From Felis catus (lineage: Eukaryota), in assembly GCF_018350175.1 (NCBI RefSeq), contig NC_058368.1, positions 41,542,001-41,606,000 on the forward strand: a stretch of 64,000 nt of DNA, read 5' to 3'. The number at the start of each line of letters is the position of its first letter. Positions within the stretch are counted from its first letter, which is position 1. A program made the translations under genes and the position numbers. This document shows positions 1-13,342 of the stretch, piece by piece. Under the pieces are notes generated by a model. The model had not been told where the DNA came from. It did not search any database and saw only the letters and a program-made list of their open reading frames with translations.

Positions 1-600
1 AAAATTCTAAATAAAATATAAGCAAATAAAATCCAACCATGCATGCAAAAAATAATACATCATAACATAGTTGAGTTTATTCCAGAAATGCAGGTTGATA
101 GATAAACACGGAAAATCACTAATGTAATTCACCACAACAAATAAAAGAAGAAACACATAATTGTATCAATACAAGCTGAAGAAAACATTCAGTAGAAAAA
201 AAAATATATATATATATATATTCATTATTTTAAAAAGATTTGTATCAAAGTAAAATTAGGAGGGAACTTCCTCATCTATACAAAAATCTCATTAAAGTTA
301 TGTGCAAAAAATTATATAATATATTATATACTGATGTTAATTCTGTTTAATATCAGAAGTAGGCCACAGCAGACTATTATTACTATTGTTACTATTATCA
401 GAACTTCTATTCAACATTGTTCTGGCAAGCTTAGCCAGCAAAAAATAAGGCAAGAAATAGAAGTGAAAGGGAGAAGCACTGGAAGGAAATAGGCAAATCT
501 GTCATTATTTTCAAATAGTATTATAGTTTACATAGAAATTCCAAAGTAGTTTTATATAAAATTTTTAGAATTAAAAAATCAGTGACATTTCTATATAGGA
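1..600 (+). mobile_element. Old degenerate LINE-1 ORF2 (reverse transcriptase region) fragment
   Basis: Decayed L1 ORF2 text: aaaattctaaataaaata..agcaaataaaatccaa..gagtttattccagaaatgcagg (KILNK.LAN.IQ..VGFIP.MQG), cttctattcaacattgttctgg (LLFNIVL), ctgtcattattttcaaatagta (LSLF.D-like). Many indels. Confidence 0.75.
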
Positions 601-639
601 GGAACACAAATTGGATACTGAAATAAAACATAGCATATT

Positions 640-1010
640 ATTTAGGGTAAGTAATGTTAGTTTCTGTAATAATCAACATCCCAGTCTCTCTAGCTTAACA
701 GAATACTGATTTATTTTTCACTCATGACAATAATTCAATCAAGTATTCCACAGATAGTCTTGCAAGTTGCATTCATGGACCCTGCCTCTTTTTAAATAAT
801 GTGCTATCATCTTCTAGGACTTCCTCAGACTGCTCTGCTAATAGGTAATGAGTAAAGAGCAAGAATTGCTGTGATTATTTGAGAATAAACCTACGCTTAT
901 AGGTTGCTTGAAGGGAATTTTGGAATTACAGCTTCTTATATGCCTTATAAAGCCTTATGTAGTCTTTCTATGCCTAGAAAGATTAAGGATATTCCTGGTT
1001 ATCTAATACA
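640..1010. mobile_element. Probable ancient MaLR (MLT1-type) LTR fragment
   Basis: ctgtaataatcaacatcccagtctctctagcttaacagaata..tttatttttcactcat resembles the recalled MLT1J/K terminus. Boundaries approximate. Confidence 0.4.
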
Positions 1011-1027
1011 TTCTACTACAATAATTG

Positions 1028-1083
1028 TGGTGGTGGTGTGGTGGTGGGGGTGGTGGGAGATATTTATTTATCTATTTATTTAT

Positions 1084-1115
<32 letters not shown>

Positions 1116-1123
1116 TTATTTAT
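1028..1123. repeat. Compound microsatellite (GTG)n then (TATT/TATC)n
   Basis: Read directly from the sequence. Confidence 0.9.
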
Positions 1124-1366
1124 TCTACATGTAGAACTTGGCAAACTTCTTCTTAAGGAAAAACTTCAAATCCTACTGAAGTCAATGTACTAATTCAATG
1201 TTCAGGATCTCCATGGGATGTGGCTTCATCTCTTTCAAGTTTAGATTGTGGCTCAGAAATCTATCAACTAAAACATGTTATTTGACTCTATTCTCATCAC
1301 TGCCCGGCCCTAATCCCAAAATAATAATAAAATGGGACAGGATAATCACAATAAATCCTCCTTTTT

Positions 1367-1620
1367 TGTGGCTGGGTGAAGAATAGATCTCCAAAGTTGC
1401 TCATGTCCAAATTTCTGAAACCTGTGAATATGTTACCATCTTTGGTAAAAGGCCCTATGCTGATGTAATTAAGTTAAGGATCTTGAGATGAATGGGCTCA
1501 AAATAATCACAAGATGGCTTACAAGAAGGATACATGAGGCAGAAAAGAGGGAATGTGTTGTAATGATGGAAACCAAGAGGGAAAAGACATTGCTTCACTG
1601 TTGGCTTTGAAGAAAAGATA
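1367..1620 (+). mobile_element. MLT1C/D-like MaLR LTR fragment
   Basis: aacctgtgaatatgttacc..ggtaaaagg..gctgatgtaattaagttaaggatcttgagatg and ggctttgaaga match the recalled MLT1D 5' part. Confidence 0.75.
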
Positions 1621-1831
1621 AGAACCAACATATTATTACAATTGAAAATGTCAGAAGATGCTTAAGAGGAAGTTGTAGTAAATCTAAGGAATTCCATCTC
1701 CAGATAAAGAACTTAAAGATATATCACCCAAATATGCAAAGACATATTAAGAAGGAGGATCCTTGCAACATTTTTTTGGAAGAGCAAATGACAGGAAAGG
1801 AAGTTAACTTCCATTGATAAAGAACTGAGTA

Positions 1832-1956
1832 GGGGCACCTGGGGGGCTCAGTCAGTTAAGTGTCAGACTCTTATTTTGGCTCAGGTCATGATCTCATGGT
1901 TCATGGGATCGAACCCCACATAGAGCTCTGTGCTGACAGTGCAGAGCTTGCTTGGG

Positions 1957-1994
<38 letters not shown>

Positions 1995-2059
1995 CCTCCA
2001 CTGGCTTTCGTGTGCACACATGTTCTTTCTCTCTCAAAATAAATAAAAATTTAAAAAAA
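1832..2059 (+). mobile_element. CanSINE (SINEC)
   Basis: ggggcacctggggggctcagtcagttaag head, (CT)n tract, aaaataaataaa tail. Degenerate TSD gataaagaactgagta/gataaaagactgaata. Confidence 0.95.
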
Positions 2060-2156
2060 GATAAAAGACTGAATAAATATATTACTATCCCAACCACATA
2101 CAATTATTCAGTAGAAAATTATTCAGTAGATTAAAAGGAAAAAAAAAAAACTTTGT

Positions 2157-2390
2157 TGAGAGAAAGAGAGAGGCAAACCAAGAAAGAGACTCTTAACTAT
2201 AGAGAACAAACTGATGGTTGCTAGAGAGGAGGTGAGTGGGGGAATGGGTTAAATAGGTAATGGGGTTTAAGAAGTGCACTTGTGATGAGTGCCAGGTATT
2301 GTATGAAAGTGTTGAATCGCTGTATTGCACATGTGAAACTAATATTACACTTTATGTTGACTAACTGGAATTTAAATAAAAACTTATAAA
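2157..2390 (+). mobile_element. 5'-truncated carnivore L1 3' UTR
   Basis: gactcttaactatagagaacaaactgatggttg..gtgaaactaatattacac..taactggaatttaaataaaaac is the carnivore L1 3' end. Flanked by aaaaaaacttt(g/a)t on both sides. Confidence 0.85.
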
Positions 2391-3234
2391 AAAAACTTTA
2401 TCAAAATATACTAGTATGGAGTGATCTTCAGATCCATTCTTAATCTTAAAAGAATATGCTATATGTACAATATGCATTCATTTAGAAAGAAAGTTTTGTA
2501 TTTATGAGTTTAGAAAATATTTTGAACTATTTATACATATAAAAACTGCTATGTTGTTTTGGAATGAGGATTAAGGTGGACTGGTGATGGAATAAGAAAT
2601 AAGGTTATGTTGTATCTCATTTAGAATTGTTTGCAATTTTCACTGCATTTGTTTCTTACTTAAAAATTTAAAAATCACAATCAGACAGATATAGACAAAT
2701 AGATGGTGGATGAATGAACAACTAGATAGAGCGACAGACAGATAAACGGACAGACAGAACAAAGTACAACAAAACCTTTTGGAAGATGAGTCTATGAAAA
2801 TAATCTCATTCAACAACCACCGCATTTTTCTTCTACTCATTCTCTTTATTTTCCAAAAGAAACTAGGGAATTTTCTTGTTTATCCAGACTTTCCTGATCA
2901 CTACCCTCACATATACACAATACTTCTAGCAAACTATCAGAAGTACTTTGAATACTGAGTCTTCTATTTATTGAAGACTATTGAAGACTATTGAAGACTA
3001 TTGAAGTCTTCTATTTATTGAATTTGTCCAAAAGTATACTTTTGGCCTAATGTGAAAAGAAATTCCACTTTATCCTACATAGCTACTCTGATTGTATGGC
3101 AGCCACAGGTCCGGATTCTATTTTACCTAGGCATTACAACCCTTTGTTCATTCCATATATAACCATTGCCCGCACAAAACTTTAATTATAAGCAAAACAA
3201 ATAAAGATTAGTAAGAATTTGGATGGCAAACTAG

Positions 3235-3870
3235 CTTGGTCATTCACCAAATATTTATTGAGAGCTTACAATACACGCATGGCATTCTGTTGAAGAAATA
3301 AAGATTCCTTTTTAAAGTTCATACTCTCAAAAAGTTCACGTATTTAAGTAGGGTAATAAATACATTCACAAAATAGGATAATAAACACATACACAAAGAT
3401 TATAATGCAATGAATGCTATAAAGAAGACATACACAGGGTTATTAATAGGCTCACAAAACAAGGGCCTTACTCTGCCTATAAAATGGTCATGGAGAGTTC
3501 CCTAAGAGCTGACCTTTTTGGACAGCATTGAAGAATACTTTGGAATTTATCTAATAACCAAAAAAAAAAATCTAGCAAAAGCACTGAGGTTTAGAGAGTA
3601 TGACAAATTGGATAAATAGTACGTAGTTTGCATGGCTGGAGTAAGGGCATATGGAATAGTGGAAAAATGGTAAATCCTTAAGTTGTGAATCTTTGTCAAG
3701 CAGGCTTCAAAGTGTGTATTTGTGCTTTAACCAGGAAAAGAGTAGAATGTGACCATTTGGAAGATAGGGGAAAGGTCATGACATAACCAAATTAATGTTT
3801 TGGAAAGATTATTCTGGAAGCAACACGGAGAGCAACATGAAAAATGGACTGAAGTAAGGACAAGACTGGA
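3235..3870 (-). mobile_element. L2 3' fragment (degenerate)
   Basis: cattcaccaaatatttattgagagcttac is the reverse complement of the L2 terminus. Downstream tttggaaagattattctggaagca is L2-like. Confidence 0.55.
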
Positions 3871-5284
3871 GTGGAGATATATGTTTTCCTGCTTTTGAGA
3901 GAATTCATTATAGAGGCTGGAGGGTAGAGTTACATGGAGTCAGGGGCAGTGTTGCATATAAGAACGTCAAGGCTTTTAAGATCATCTGGTTCCACCACTT
4001 AATCAAACAAATTGTCCAAGTATTATCCTCCATAAGTGCTTATCTGGTCTGTGTTTAAAGCCCAGAAAAGTCAGAGAATTAATTCAATACCTGCCCTGAT
4101 AGTCGATTACATTTTTTTGATTTTTTGAACAATTCTGATTTTTACCAAAATAGCATTGCAGCCAAAGTCAGAATATTCATGCTGTCATTTATTTCTGTTA
4201 ACTTCTTTGGTGATTAGCATCCAATTTCTCCCTTTCTGTCTCAACTCTGCAAACCACTCAAGCAGTATGTGTTTTTCCTCCTTGCCTATCAATTTCTCCT
4301 TGTATAGCATATATGAATAAATAAACTATACAGAGTGAACAAGTTGATTAGAGTTGACTTGTGATGTTGTAATGAAGAATACTCATTTATTAGATTAAAT
4401 ATAATTTTGTACCATCTTAAGAAATGGGTTAAATAAAACTGGTGGATGAACCACTTACAGACAATGCAAGATTTGAACAATATATTCACTTTTAAAGGAG
4501 AAGAATAATATCCTCTATGTAAGGAAATATGGGTAATAAAAGCCAAAAATAACCAAGGTCAAGAATTAAAAATATAATTTTTAAATTCTTAAAAATGTCC
4601 TTATTTAATTTGTGGATTTTTTTAAAATTAAAATTTTTTTATTATACTCACATGCATAACATTGTGAAAAGTACTATTTGAGATATTAAAACGTACCTGT
4701 GTAATGTAAATAAGTTTTCAATGACAACAAGATACTGGTAATCTTTTTTTTTTCTTTTTAATGAACACTTAGCTCTGGAAACAAACATGTAAAATGACAG
4801 ATAAGTTGGTAATTTCTTTTCAAACCTGAAGATATGAACTATGAGCTACTATAGATAATCATAGATATATATTAATTGATATTAAAAAACAGGAATTGAA
4901 GTTTCTAGGAGTTCAAAATATTGAAGGTAAAATATAAACAGCACAATACAAACTCAAATCCATTTCTTTGATTTCCAAAAAATCTCTTTTAGATAGACTT
5001 TGAGGCTGAAAAAAGTAATTATATGACAGGATTACATTGTTCATTTGGTTATCAAGAATCTTAATACCAAATTTTGTTTTATTTGAGAAAAATAATGCTT
5101 GTCTGAAAATATCTGCATATTTGTGTTCCTTTTTCTAACCTCCTTATCTGATTTCTGCTTTTTATAACTTTTCTTACAAGTGGATTTTAAGTCATGTAAA
5201 TAATTACCTGAGTAAATGTGTGTAAAATAGATTATCATCTGTGTAAATACATATCTGAATGGGTATTTAAAAAGGAAGAAATCT

Positions 5285-5521
5285 GGGGTGCCTGGGTGGC
5301 CCAGTCGGTTAAGCAACCAACTTTTGATTTTGGTTCAGGTCATGATCTCATGGTTCCTGAGATAAGTCCCACGTGGGGTTCTGCACTCACAATTCAGAGC
5401 TTTCTTGGGATTCTCTCTCTGCCTCACTCTCTGCTCCTACCCAGCTTACAGGTGTGCATGCGTTTTCACTCTCCCTCTCCAAAACAATAAATAAATAAAA
5501 TAACTTAAAAAAAGTAAAAAT
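5285..5521 (+). mobile_element. CanSINE
   Basis: ggggtgcctgggtggcccagtcggttaag head. TSD aaaaaggaagaaat at 5269-5282 and 5522-5535. Confidence 0.95.
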
Positions 5522-5580
5522 AAAAAGGAAGAAATATAGACCAAGGGAATTATAATATATAAATTAAAATATAATGTTCA

Positions 5581-5845
5581 GGGGTGCCTGAGTGGCTTAG
5601 TTGATTAAGCGTCTGACTCTTGATTTCAACTTAGGTCATGATCCCATGGTTCAGTTCATGGGATCGAACCCTATGTCAGGCTCCATGCGGAGCCTGCTTG
5701 GGGTTCTATCTTTCCATCTCTCTCTGCTTCTTCCCTGCTCACACGTGCATGTGCTGTTTCTCTCTCAAAAATAAATAAACATTTAAAAAATGTTTATATG
5801 TTTTGAAAGAGACAGACAGACAGACAGAATGTGAGTGGGTGGGGG

Positions 5846-5887
<42 letters not shown>

Positions 5888-6047
5888 CTGAAGCAGTCTC
5901 CAGGCTGTCAGTTGTCAGCACAGAGCCCAATACGGGGCTCAAACTCATGAACCACCAGATCATGACCTGACCTGAAGTCAGATGCTTAACTGACTGAGCC
6001 ACCCAGGAGCCCCAAAATATATAAACATTTTTAAAAATTAAAAAAAT
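5581..6047 (+). mobile_element. CanSINE whose A-rich tail is interrupted by a second SINE
   Basis: Head ggggtgcctgagtggcttag at 5581, body to about 5784, tail resumes after 6013. Confidence 0.9.
5785..6013 (-). mobile_element. CanSINE nested in the tail of the 5581 SINE
   Basis: Ends gactgagccacccaggagcccc. TSD aaaataaataaacattt (5768-5784) / aaaatatataaacattt (6014-6030). Confidence 0.92.
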
Positions 6048-7996
6048 AATGAGGTTCTCATTTATAAGTTTTTACTTCCAAACAATTTAAAATGTTGATA
6101 TATCTTTTTAGTAAATAGCATCTCATGATCTTGAAAATATGTCTTGTAATATGCCTTGTAGTTGCATCCATAATGATGAGAAACCTGTGGTATTCAGGGA
6201 AATTGACATTATTTTAGTGTGTTATTTAAGGACAAAGTTTAATATAAAGTAAATTCATTCATATGGGTATAATTAAAGGCCTATCCATACAAAGCGAAAA
6301 AAAAATGTAGCTGAGAAATAAAGAGTGTTTAAAGCCATGTAAACTGCAAATTTCTATATAAATTACTTGGCATCCAATTTTTGTTAAATATTTAATGTTT
6401 CTAAAGTGGGTTTCTGCTTATACATCTGTCTTTTTGCTTTTCTCTATAGAAAACGTGGAGCAGATGGGGACAGTGAGACAATATAAAGATAATTCTTCTT
6501 CCTGAATGTGAATTCACTAAATATTTAGGATCTTGGCAGAGGCAGTAGAATGCCATACACAGAATGACAGTCCTATAATCTCTCCATCTATAGACAACAG
6601 CTGTTTTATATATTGACATATTTTCCCAATTCTTTTATATCCACACATTACAAACTTGAAGCACACATGTACATGTGTATGTGAATATACGTATATATAT
6701 ATTTGTACACATGTGTATGTATCCAGACTTTCTCAATTAACATTCTATCACAAATATCTTCCATATATAATATTCTATTATATTCATATTCATATCCATA
6801 ATGTATTTAACTATACATTGTTAAAGATTCTTTTTTTCTGCTATGTAACTCGGGGATAAATATTAATCTTTGCCTCATACCTAGCAACATTCTTAACATA
6901 CATAGCTAATAGTATATTATTATACCATTAGTATAATAGTATATTAACTGAGGCCATGAAAAAATAAAAACTTTTAGCATCTTAACTCCTATTGAAATTT
7001 GGTGTGTTTATGATTGTATACATAAAGAAAAGTGGGAAAATCAATACGTCTCAGAACAAGACTATTTTAGAAGCCTTCTTTTAGATGGTAAGACTAAAAT
7101 AGGTTGGGTAATCACATATAGCATTTATACCACTTCAATAAATGTATTAGCACATCAGTAAATGAAAACGCCTTAAAAGCTTAAGATAAGATGGATCCCA
7201 AGCCTAAACACAAGCAATAATTGAGGCAAACTGCATCCGCTTCAGAGGGGTTTCTATTTTTACAGTGGAATCCAATTTCCTTGCATATAGCTTGTTGCTG
7301 ATTTTAGAGACTCCTCAGGTGACATTACAAGCTACATTAAAAATTTAAGACTTTACAAATGAAATATTAACTTGCATATTCAAAAAGTATTATAGAATGA
7401 AATAGCAATAAAGAATGGTGATGTGTAACTACAACTGCACTAATACAATGATAAATAATTTGTGCACAACTAGAAGAAATTGGAAGAATCCTTGTCCTTG
7501 TTTTTCCCATATTATCTAACTAAAGAGATGTATGTAGTGCTTCTGAATATCTAAGTATATAGAAATTATAAAATAGGTTTAAAAATGTCCATCAGGGTGT
7601 GGATACTTCAAATTTCAGAATACCTTCACTATAAAACTCTGACTTCAAACTCACCGAAAAGAAATCATATTTTTATTTTACAGATTCTTGAAAAGGTAAT
7701 ATTGCTCTAGACATGAAGAATTTTCTTTAAGAGTGGGAAGAATCATCTGGTATCCACATCCAAGCAGGCTTCCTGACACCAAGTAAACAATAAACTCTTA
7801 TTAGTAGAAATGCTCAGGCTCTACAAAAGTATATTCTACCATTACAGATTGTCTGATAGAACCTAATCCTTTCTACATGTGAGCTGTTTGAAACAGGGAA
7901 TCCAGACCTTAAACTTACCTGGGAAATTGGCATCACAAATTTCTATACCTCCAAAATTCAGATAGTAGATTTCTCCCTTAAGGGCAGACCTGAAAC

Positions 7997-7999
<3 letters not shown>

Positions 8000-8043
<44 letters not shown>
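8000..8043. repeat. (CA)n microsatellite
   Basis: About 21 perfect units. Confidence 0.97.
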
Positions 8044-8044
<1 letters not shown>

Positions 8045-8058
8045 AGAAAAGGCTAAGA

Positions 8059-8294
8059 GGGGCACCTGGGTGGCTCAGTTGGTTAAGCATTCAACTCTTG
8101 ATTTCAGCTCAGGTCATGATCTCACAGTCTTGATATCAAGCCCTGCATCAAGCCCTGTGTCAGGCTGCCCAGTGGGCATGAAGCCTGCTTATGATTCTCT
8201 CATCCTCTCCTTCTGCCCTTCCCCCACTCTCACTCAAGCTCTCTTTCTCTCAAAAAAAAAAAAAAAAGAAAGAAAGAAAAGACAAGAAAAAAAG
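8059..8294 (+). mobile_element. CanSINE
   Basis: ggggcacctgggtggctcag head. TSD gaaaagg(c/t)taaga at 8046-8058 and 8295-8307. Confidence 0.95.
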
Positions 8295-9731
8295 GAAAAG
8301 GTTAAGAAATGCTAAATGCATTATCTAAGCAATTTCACTATAACATCAGATTCTATTTTGATTTAACTGAACAAATAATCTTGGTCCTCATACATATTAT
8401 TAAGTACATAAAAAGGAGCATTTAATAGCTGTGTTATTACTCTTTCTAAAATTCTTGTCAGAATTCCCTTCTTTTTCTCACCAACAGAAAATAACTTGGC
8501 AGCTACCTATGGCTGACTATGGCTTGCTAAGAAAAACCCTGTACTGTTCTTCACCTACATCTAATTGCAATTGCGCACAAGGTCCATCCACATAGCCAAG
8601 TAACGGGAAGAAGAATGAATGTTATCACCTGTGGCTTCTTGATTCAGGAATCAGTAAAGAACATGTTTTTTGTCTTTGTCAGGAAGAGATTCAACTCGTT
8701 CTTCTAACCCTATGAATGATCATCTTTATCAAAAGGTACAGACACCCACCAAGAGGGGACATATATTGTCGTAAGTATTTTAGGGACCATTATCTAGGTG
8801 TCACTAATACTATCTAGCGACTACTTAAGAAATCTGTGACATTCTAATTATCCAAGCTTCAAATCCATTTTTTTTCACCATTGGTGAATTCATTTCAGAA
8901 TTGTCAAATTATATTAAGATACATATTCAATAAATAATTATTAATTACTTATTTTGTGGAGGCACTTTATGTGAACACAAAGATTATTAAACCACTGCTC
9001 CTTCCCTCAAGAGACTCAGTGTAGAGCTGGATGAGACAAAAAACAAACAACTACCAAAAGAGAAATGCTTTCTCTATCTACTAGTGAACTTAACAGATAA
9101 GAAATGTATCTGGCCAGCCAAGAACAAATGCCCCTTTAAAGGTATCTACCACCAACAAAGCATTTATTTTCATTGACAATTCCTCGATATATTTTTGATA
9201 AAACTTCATTGAATACAGGAACATTTTGATGTTTATTACCCTATTGAATTCCCTGACTTTAGAAATATCTCTATGTAAATGGTGTGCTGGGAAATGTACT
9301 TTACTCTCTATTCACTCTCTGAAGTAGTCATTCATGGTTCATTTGACCACTCTAGGGTTCAAGTTCTTTTACCTGAAAATGAGAATGCAAATTACTTCAT
9401 AGATATAAAGCCTGGCATCAATGCTATTTTTAAAAACCTCATGATTCATTAAAACTCTTCATAGTCTCTGTACCCCAAACCTCTAGGTGCTTAAGTGCCA
9501 CCAAAGCTTTATCAACAAGTACTCACATACCACTCACAGGAAACACTCACACTGTGAAGGGCATGTGTTCACGTAGTAAATGCCAAATGTACAGAGCTTT
9601 AAATAATTATGACATGCACACTTAAAACAGATCCCCATTGTCGGATTTAGTAAAGTACCACCAATTTGAATGTGCACTTAACATCTATGCACATATATTA
9701 CCTGCAAAACTGACAGAATTTCAAAACAGTA

Positions 9732-9732
<1 letters not shown>

Positions 9733-9775
<43 letters not shown>
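9733..9775. repeat. poly(A) followed by (TA)n microsatellite
   Basis: Read directly from the sequence. Confidence 0.95.
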
Positions 9776-9777
<2 letters not shown>

Positions 9778-11219
9778 CCAACCAAAATACATCTTCACTG
9801 AGTGATAGCTAAATAGGAAATACATAGTAAAGTAACAAAAACCCAAATCATGCAAGAATTATTAATTTTAATACTGAATGCAATATATCATATTTAGCAG
9901 CAGAAATTTTTGTGGTTGTTTTATTTAATATGCTGAGTATTTAAGCAAAGAAAGGATCTTAGTAAAAACACCTACAGTGGTACAAAACCATTGTGAGATG
10001 TCAAAACAAAACTTACAGTGAAACTAATTGGACTATATGGAGTATGTAAGAAAAGATTGATCAAACTTTGTCAAAACTTTAAATACCACCTCAAGACCAA
10101 GCTGAACTTTTCATGAATTTAATGCACATGTATTACTAATTCACCTGTAAAGCTTTTCCAACTCCTAAACTAGATGATTTTACTTTTAAGCATATAATGA
10201 ACTAAAATAGGTGAACTACTTAAATGGTGAATCAATATGTGTCTATAGTTATAGAAGTGGTTCTGGTGCTCTTTCCTAATATCAGCATCCATCTCATCCC
10301 CATATTCTAAGATAAACCTTAGGTAGAACTGGCTGAATCTTATCTCCTTTAAATCTACTTCACAAAGAATGGTTCTGAGACCATTACACCAGAGCTTGTA
10401 TGTAGATTCTATGGTCTTACTCAAATCTATTTAATCACTAGGACTAAATGTCAATATTCTCTGGTCCAATCAACCATGGCAAGTATTCCAGGATCAAATG
10501 AAACAAAGTATGCCAAAGTGTTCCCAAGGAAATATCTCTGGCTGTTTATTTCCTCAGGAGTTTTGTGCATATGGTGATAGATACTTGGAGTTTCATGGGC
10601 CCCTTTCAAATACAGCAAATGACTACAATATATGACAGAACATCATACATTCTCTCAGAGAATGGTTTACATTTGTCTTGATGCTGAGAGGAGGAAGATA
10701 TTTCTATTTGAAACAGTAAACTTTCTTGGGAACTTTTTGAAAATATTAACAAATTACATTGAACAAACCACTTTCACCATAGATGAATGTTTTTCATAAT
10801 GCAGTAACTGCTTAATTATGCAGAGGAAAATAGATTTTAAAAAAGATTGGTGCAAGTCTTGGTTGCTTGCAATATGTGATTTGTTGTCCTTAATTGGTTA
10901 CTAAATTTGTCAAATATAAGTGTGCCAAAATTAACCAGCTTGAGAAGCCAGTTGAAGGCTGTCATATATTAGATGAATTTCTCATCCCTTTATAGTCAAT
11001 GTCCATTCCTCTGTTAATCAAGTGTTCATTAATTATACAATACAGTTCTCTGAAGTCCATATACAAGGAGAAATAACTGTGTTTATTGTGTTGACAACAA
11101 TAAAGGAGACAACGGGATAAATTTCATACCCAAGACCTTCCATGAGAGGATCTAAAACTACTTCTTCGGCTCCCTTTATATTCTACTTACTTCCCCACAT
11201 GGCATTTGACATTGTTTAG

Positions 11220-11615
11220 TGGACCTTTAGATCCATTGTTTAGATCCTTTCTTATCTCCTTGTCTTTGTCTATACTGAATGCTGTGCCAAGATATCTTCT
11301 TCCTGGCTTCTTCTTTCCTATCCCCAAGTTTGGAAATCTGTTGATCACCTTTTAAGACATAAATCAAATAAAATTTCCCTATGTATCTTTTCTCACAAGT
11401 CTAGGCCACCATCTACTGTGTTGTAGAATTTGGTATATATTATTATTATACATTTATCTTATTATATTTTAATAACATTTGCCTTGCCTGTTACTCCCAC
11501 TAGACCAGGCACTTTTCCAGAACAGACACAATATAGCATCCATTCTGGAACTCCATTAGCACAGTGCTTCATACAAAGTGTGCTCTCAACAATGCTTTTT
11601 GAATGAAGGAATGAA
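11220..11615 (+). mobile_element. L2 3' fragment
   Basis: Ends agcacagtgcttcatacaaagtgtgctctcaacaatgctttttgaatgaaggaatgaa, a typical L2 terminus. Confidence 0.6.
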
Positions 11616-11694
11616 TTTTTCATTGATTAGGCATTAAGATAAATTCATCTATGTAAAGACTCCCTTTTATTTTTTTATTGCATGCCTTGTAGCA

Positions 11695-11930
11695 ATGACA
11701 ATAGCAACAAAACAACAGACATTTATTGAGGATTTGTCTAGTGCTAGGCACTGTGCTAATAGCTTTACATCCATTATTTATCTCATTTAATGTTCAAAAC
11801 AATCCTCTGAAGTGAGTACAATCATCATCCCCATTTTAAGAGAAGGAAACTGAACAAAGAGAGATTACACATTTGGCAAATGGTCGTGTCACAATAAAAA
11901 TTGAGGTCTTATGACTCTAGCACTTGCCAT
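11695..11930 (-). mobile_element. MIR SINE
   Basis: acatttattgag..gtgctaggcactgtgctaa..ctcatttaat..aacaatcct..atccccattttaagagaaggaaactga is the MIR core. Confidence 0.8.
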
Positions 11931-12301
11931 TTTGAACAAATACAAAAAGCAACCTCTCACATGATTGATATAAGAGTGAATAAAATGCTTTAGCCAGTGG
12001 CATAACTAACCAAACATCTGAAAATAACCCCCTATTAACTTCAAAAATAAATGACTCTTCATAAGAAAGTCTCCACTGCTTTCATCTTTCCCACCCTGCA
12101 CTGTATTTATTAATGCATTTAAAAAGAGATTTCATTATTTACTCTGGTAATACTCAATTTATATATGCCTACTTTATCACTATGTAGTCTTAATTTATCA
12201 ACTATCTTACCATTAAATATTTCTTTCAATGAATAATTCCCATTTTGCTTCTAAAAAACTTTGCATTTATTGTGTAAGGCCATGGAATATAAAAACCATC
12301 A

Positions 12302-12510
12302 AGGGACACCTGGGTGGCTCAGTTGGTTAAGCCTCTGACTTTGGCTCAGGTCATGATCTCATGGTTGGTGGGTTCAAGCCCCATATTGGGCTCTATGCTG
12401 ACAGTTCACAGCCTGGAGCCTGCTTCGAATTCTGTGTCTCCCTTTCTGTCTGCCCTTCTCCTACTCATGCTCTGTCTCTCTCAAAAATAAACACTAAAAA
12501 TTTTTTTTAA
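12302..12510 (+). mobile_element. CanSINE
   Basis: gggacacctgggtggctcagttggttaag..gcctggagcctgcttcgaattctgtgtctcc..aaaataaaca. Confidence 0.95.
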
Positions 12511-12604
12511 ACACCAAAAAATTAAACCTAAGCCTTGAATAAAAAGATTTTTAGATAGTACTTTGATTAATTGTCCTAATCATTTAAAGTCTACACAGTG
12601 TTGC

Positions 12605-12609
<5 letters not shown>

Positions 12610-12650
<41 letters not shown>
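12610..12650. repeat. (CA)n microsatellite
   Basis: About 20 perfect units. Confidence 0.97.
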
Positions 12651-12654
<4 letters not shown>

Positions 12655-13036
12655 AAAAATCTATATCTTAAAATTTCCTTTTATTTACATTAATGCATAT
12701 AAAATTCAGTTATACTAACATTATGGTTTCAGAATTTCTAAATCAACAGGAGAGAAGTAAACTGAGTTAAAATTAAATCATTTATAGAAATCACAACACT
12801 GTGCACCTAATGAGACATAGAGATTGACTTGAATGAAGAGTGAGGAAGTATCTGAGGTTAAGAACAGGTTCTATATCTTGATTGGTTCCTTGGTCATCCA
12901 AAAATGTATCTTTTCAACCTAATTTTTCCTCTGTTATACCTTGTCCTTTATTTTCCATTTAACCTTTCTTGACTCTTTTGTACACGCTATTTCCCAAATA
13001 TTAAAAGATATATACATTTCAAAGGATTTCAATTTT

Positions 13037-13254
13037 GGGACACATGGGTAGCTCAGTCGTTAAGCGACTGACTTCATCTCAGGTAACAATCTCGTGGTTC
13101 ACGAGTTCGAGCCCCTCAAAGGGCTCTGTGCTGACAGCTCTGATCGTGGAGCCTGCTTCAAATTCTTTGTCTCCCTCTCTCTCTGCCCCTCCCCCGCTCA
13201 CACTCTGTCTCTCTCTCTCTCTCAAAAAGGAATAAATGTTAAAAAAAATTTTTT
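13037..13254 (+). mobile_element. CanSINE
   Basis: gggacacatgggtagctcagtcgttaag head, CT tract, aataaatgttaaaaaaaatttttt tail. Confidence 0.93.
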
Positions 13255-13342
13255 AAAGATTTTAGTTTTAACTTTTTTCCCCCAACAATCAATTCTTTCC
13301 CATCTCATATGAGTGAAACATCATTATTTAAAATTATATTGA

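Noticed and set aside
904..1134. Hydrophobic 76-aa ORF, and similar ORFs at 6656, 25239, 26373 and 30894
   Set aside because: Translations of microsatellite or low-complexity AT-rich DNA.
2971..3006. Short repeat arrays (also 21246-21323) as possible CRISPR arrays
   Set aside because: No unique spacers, no cas genes, and the context is mammalian.
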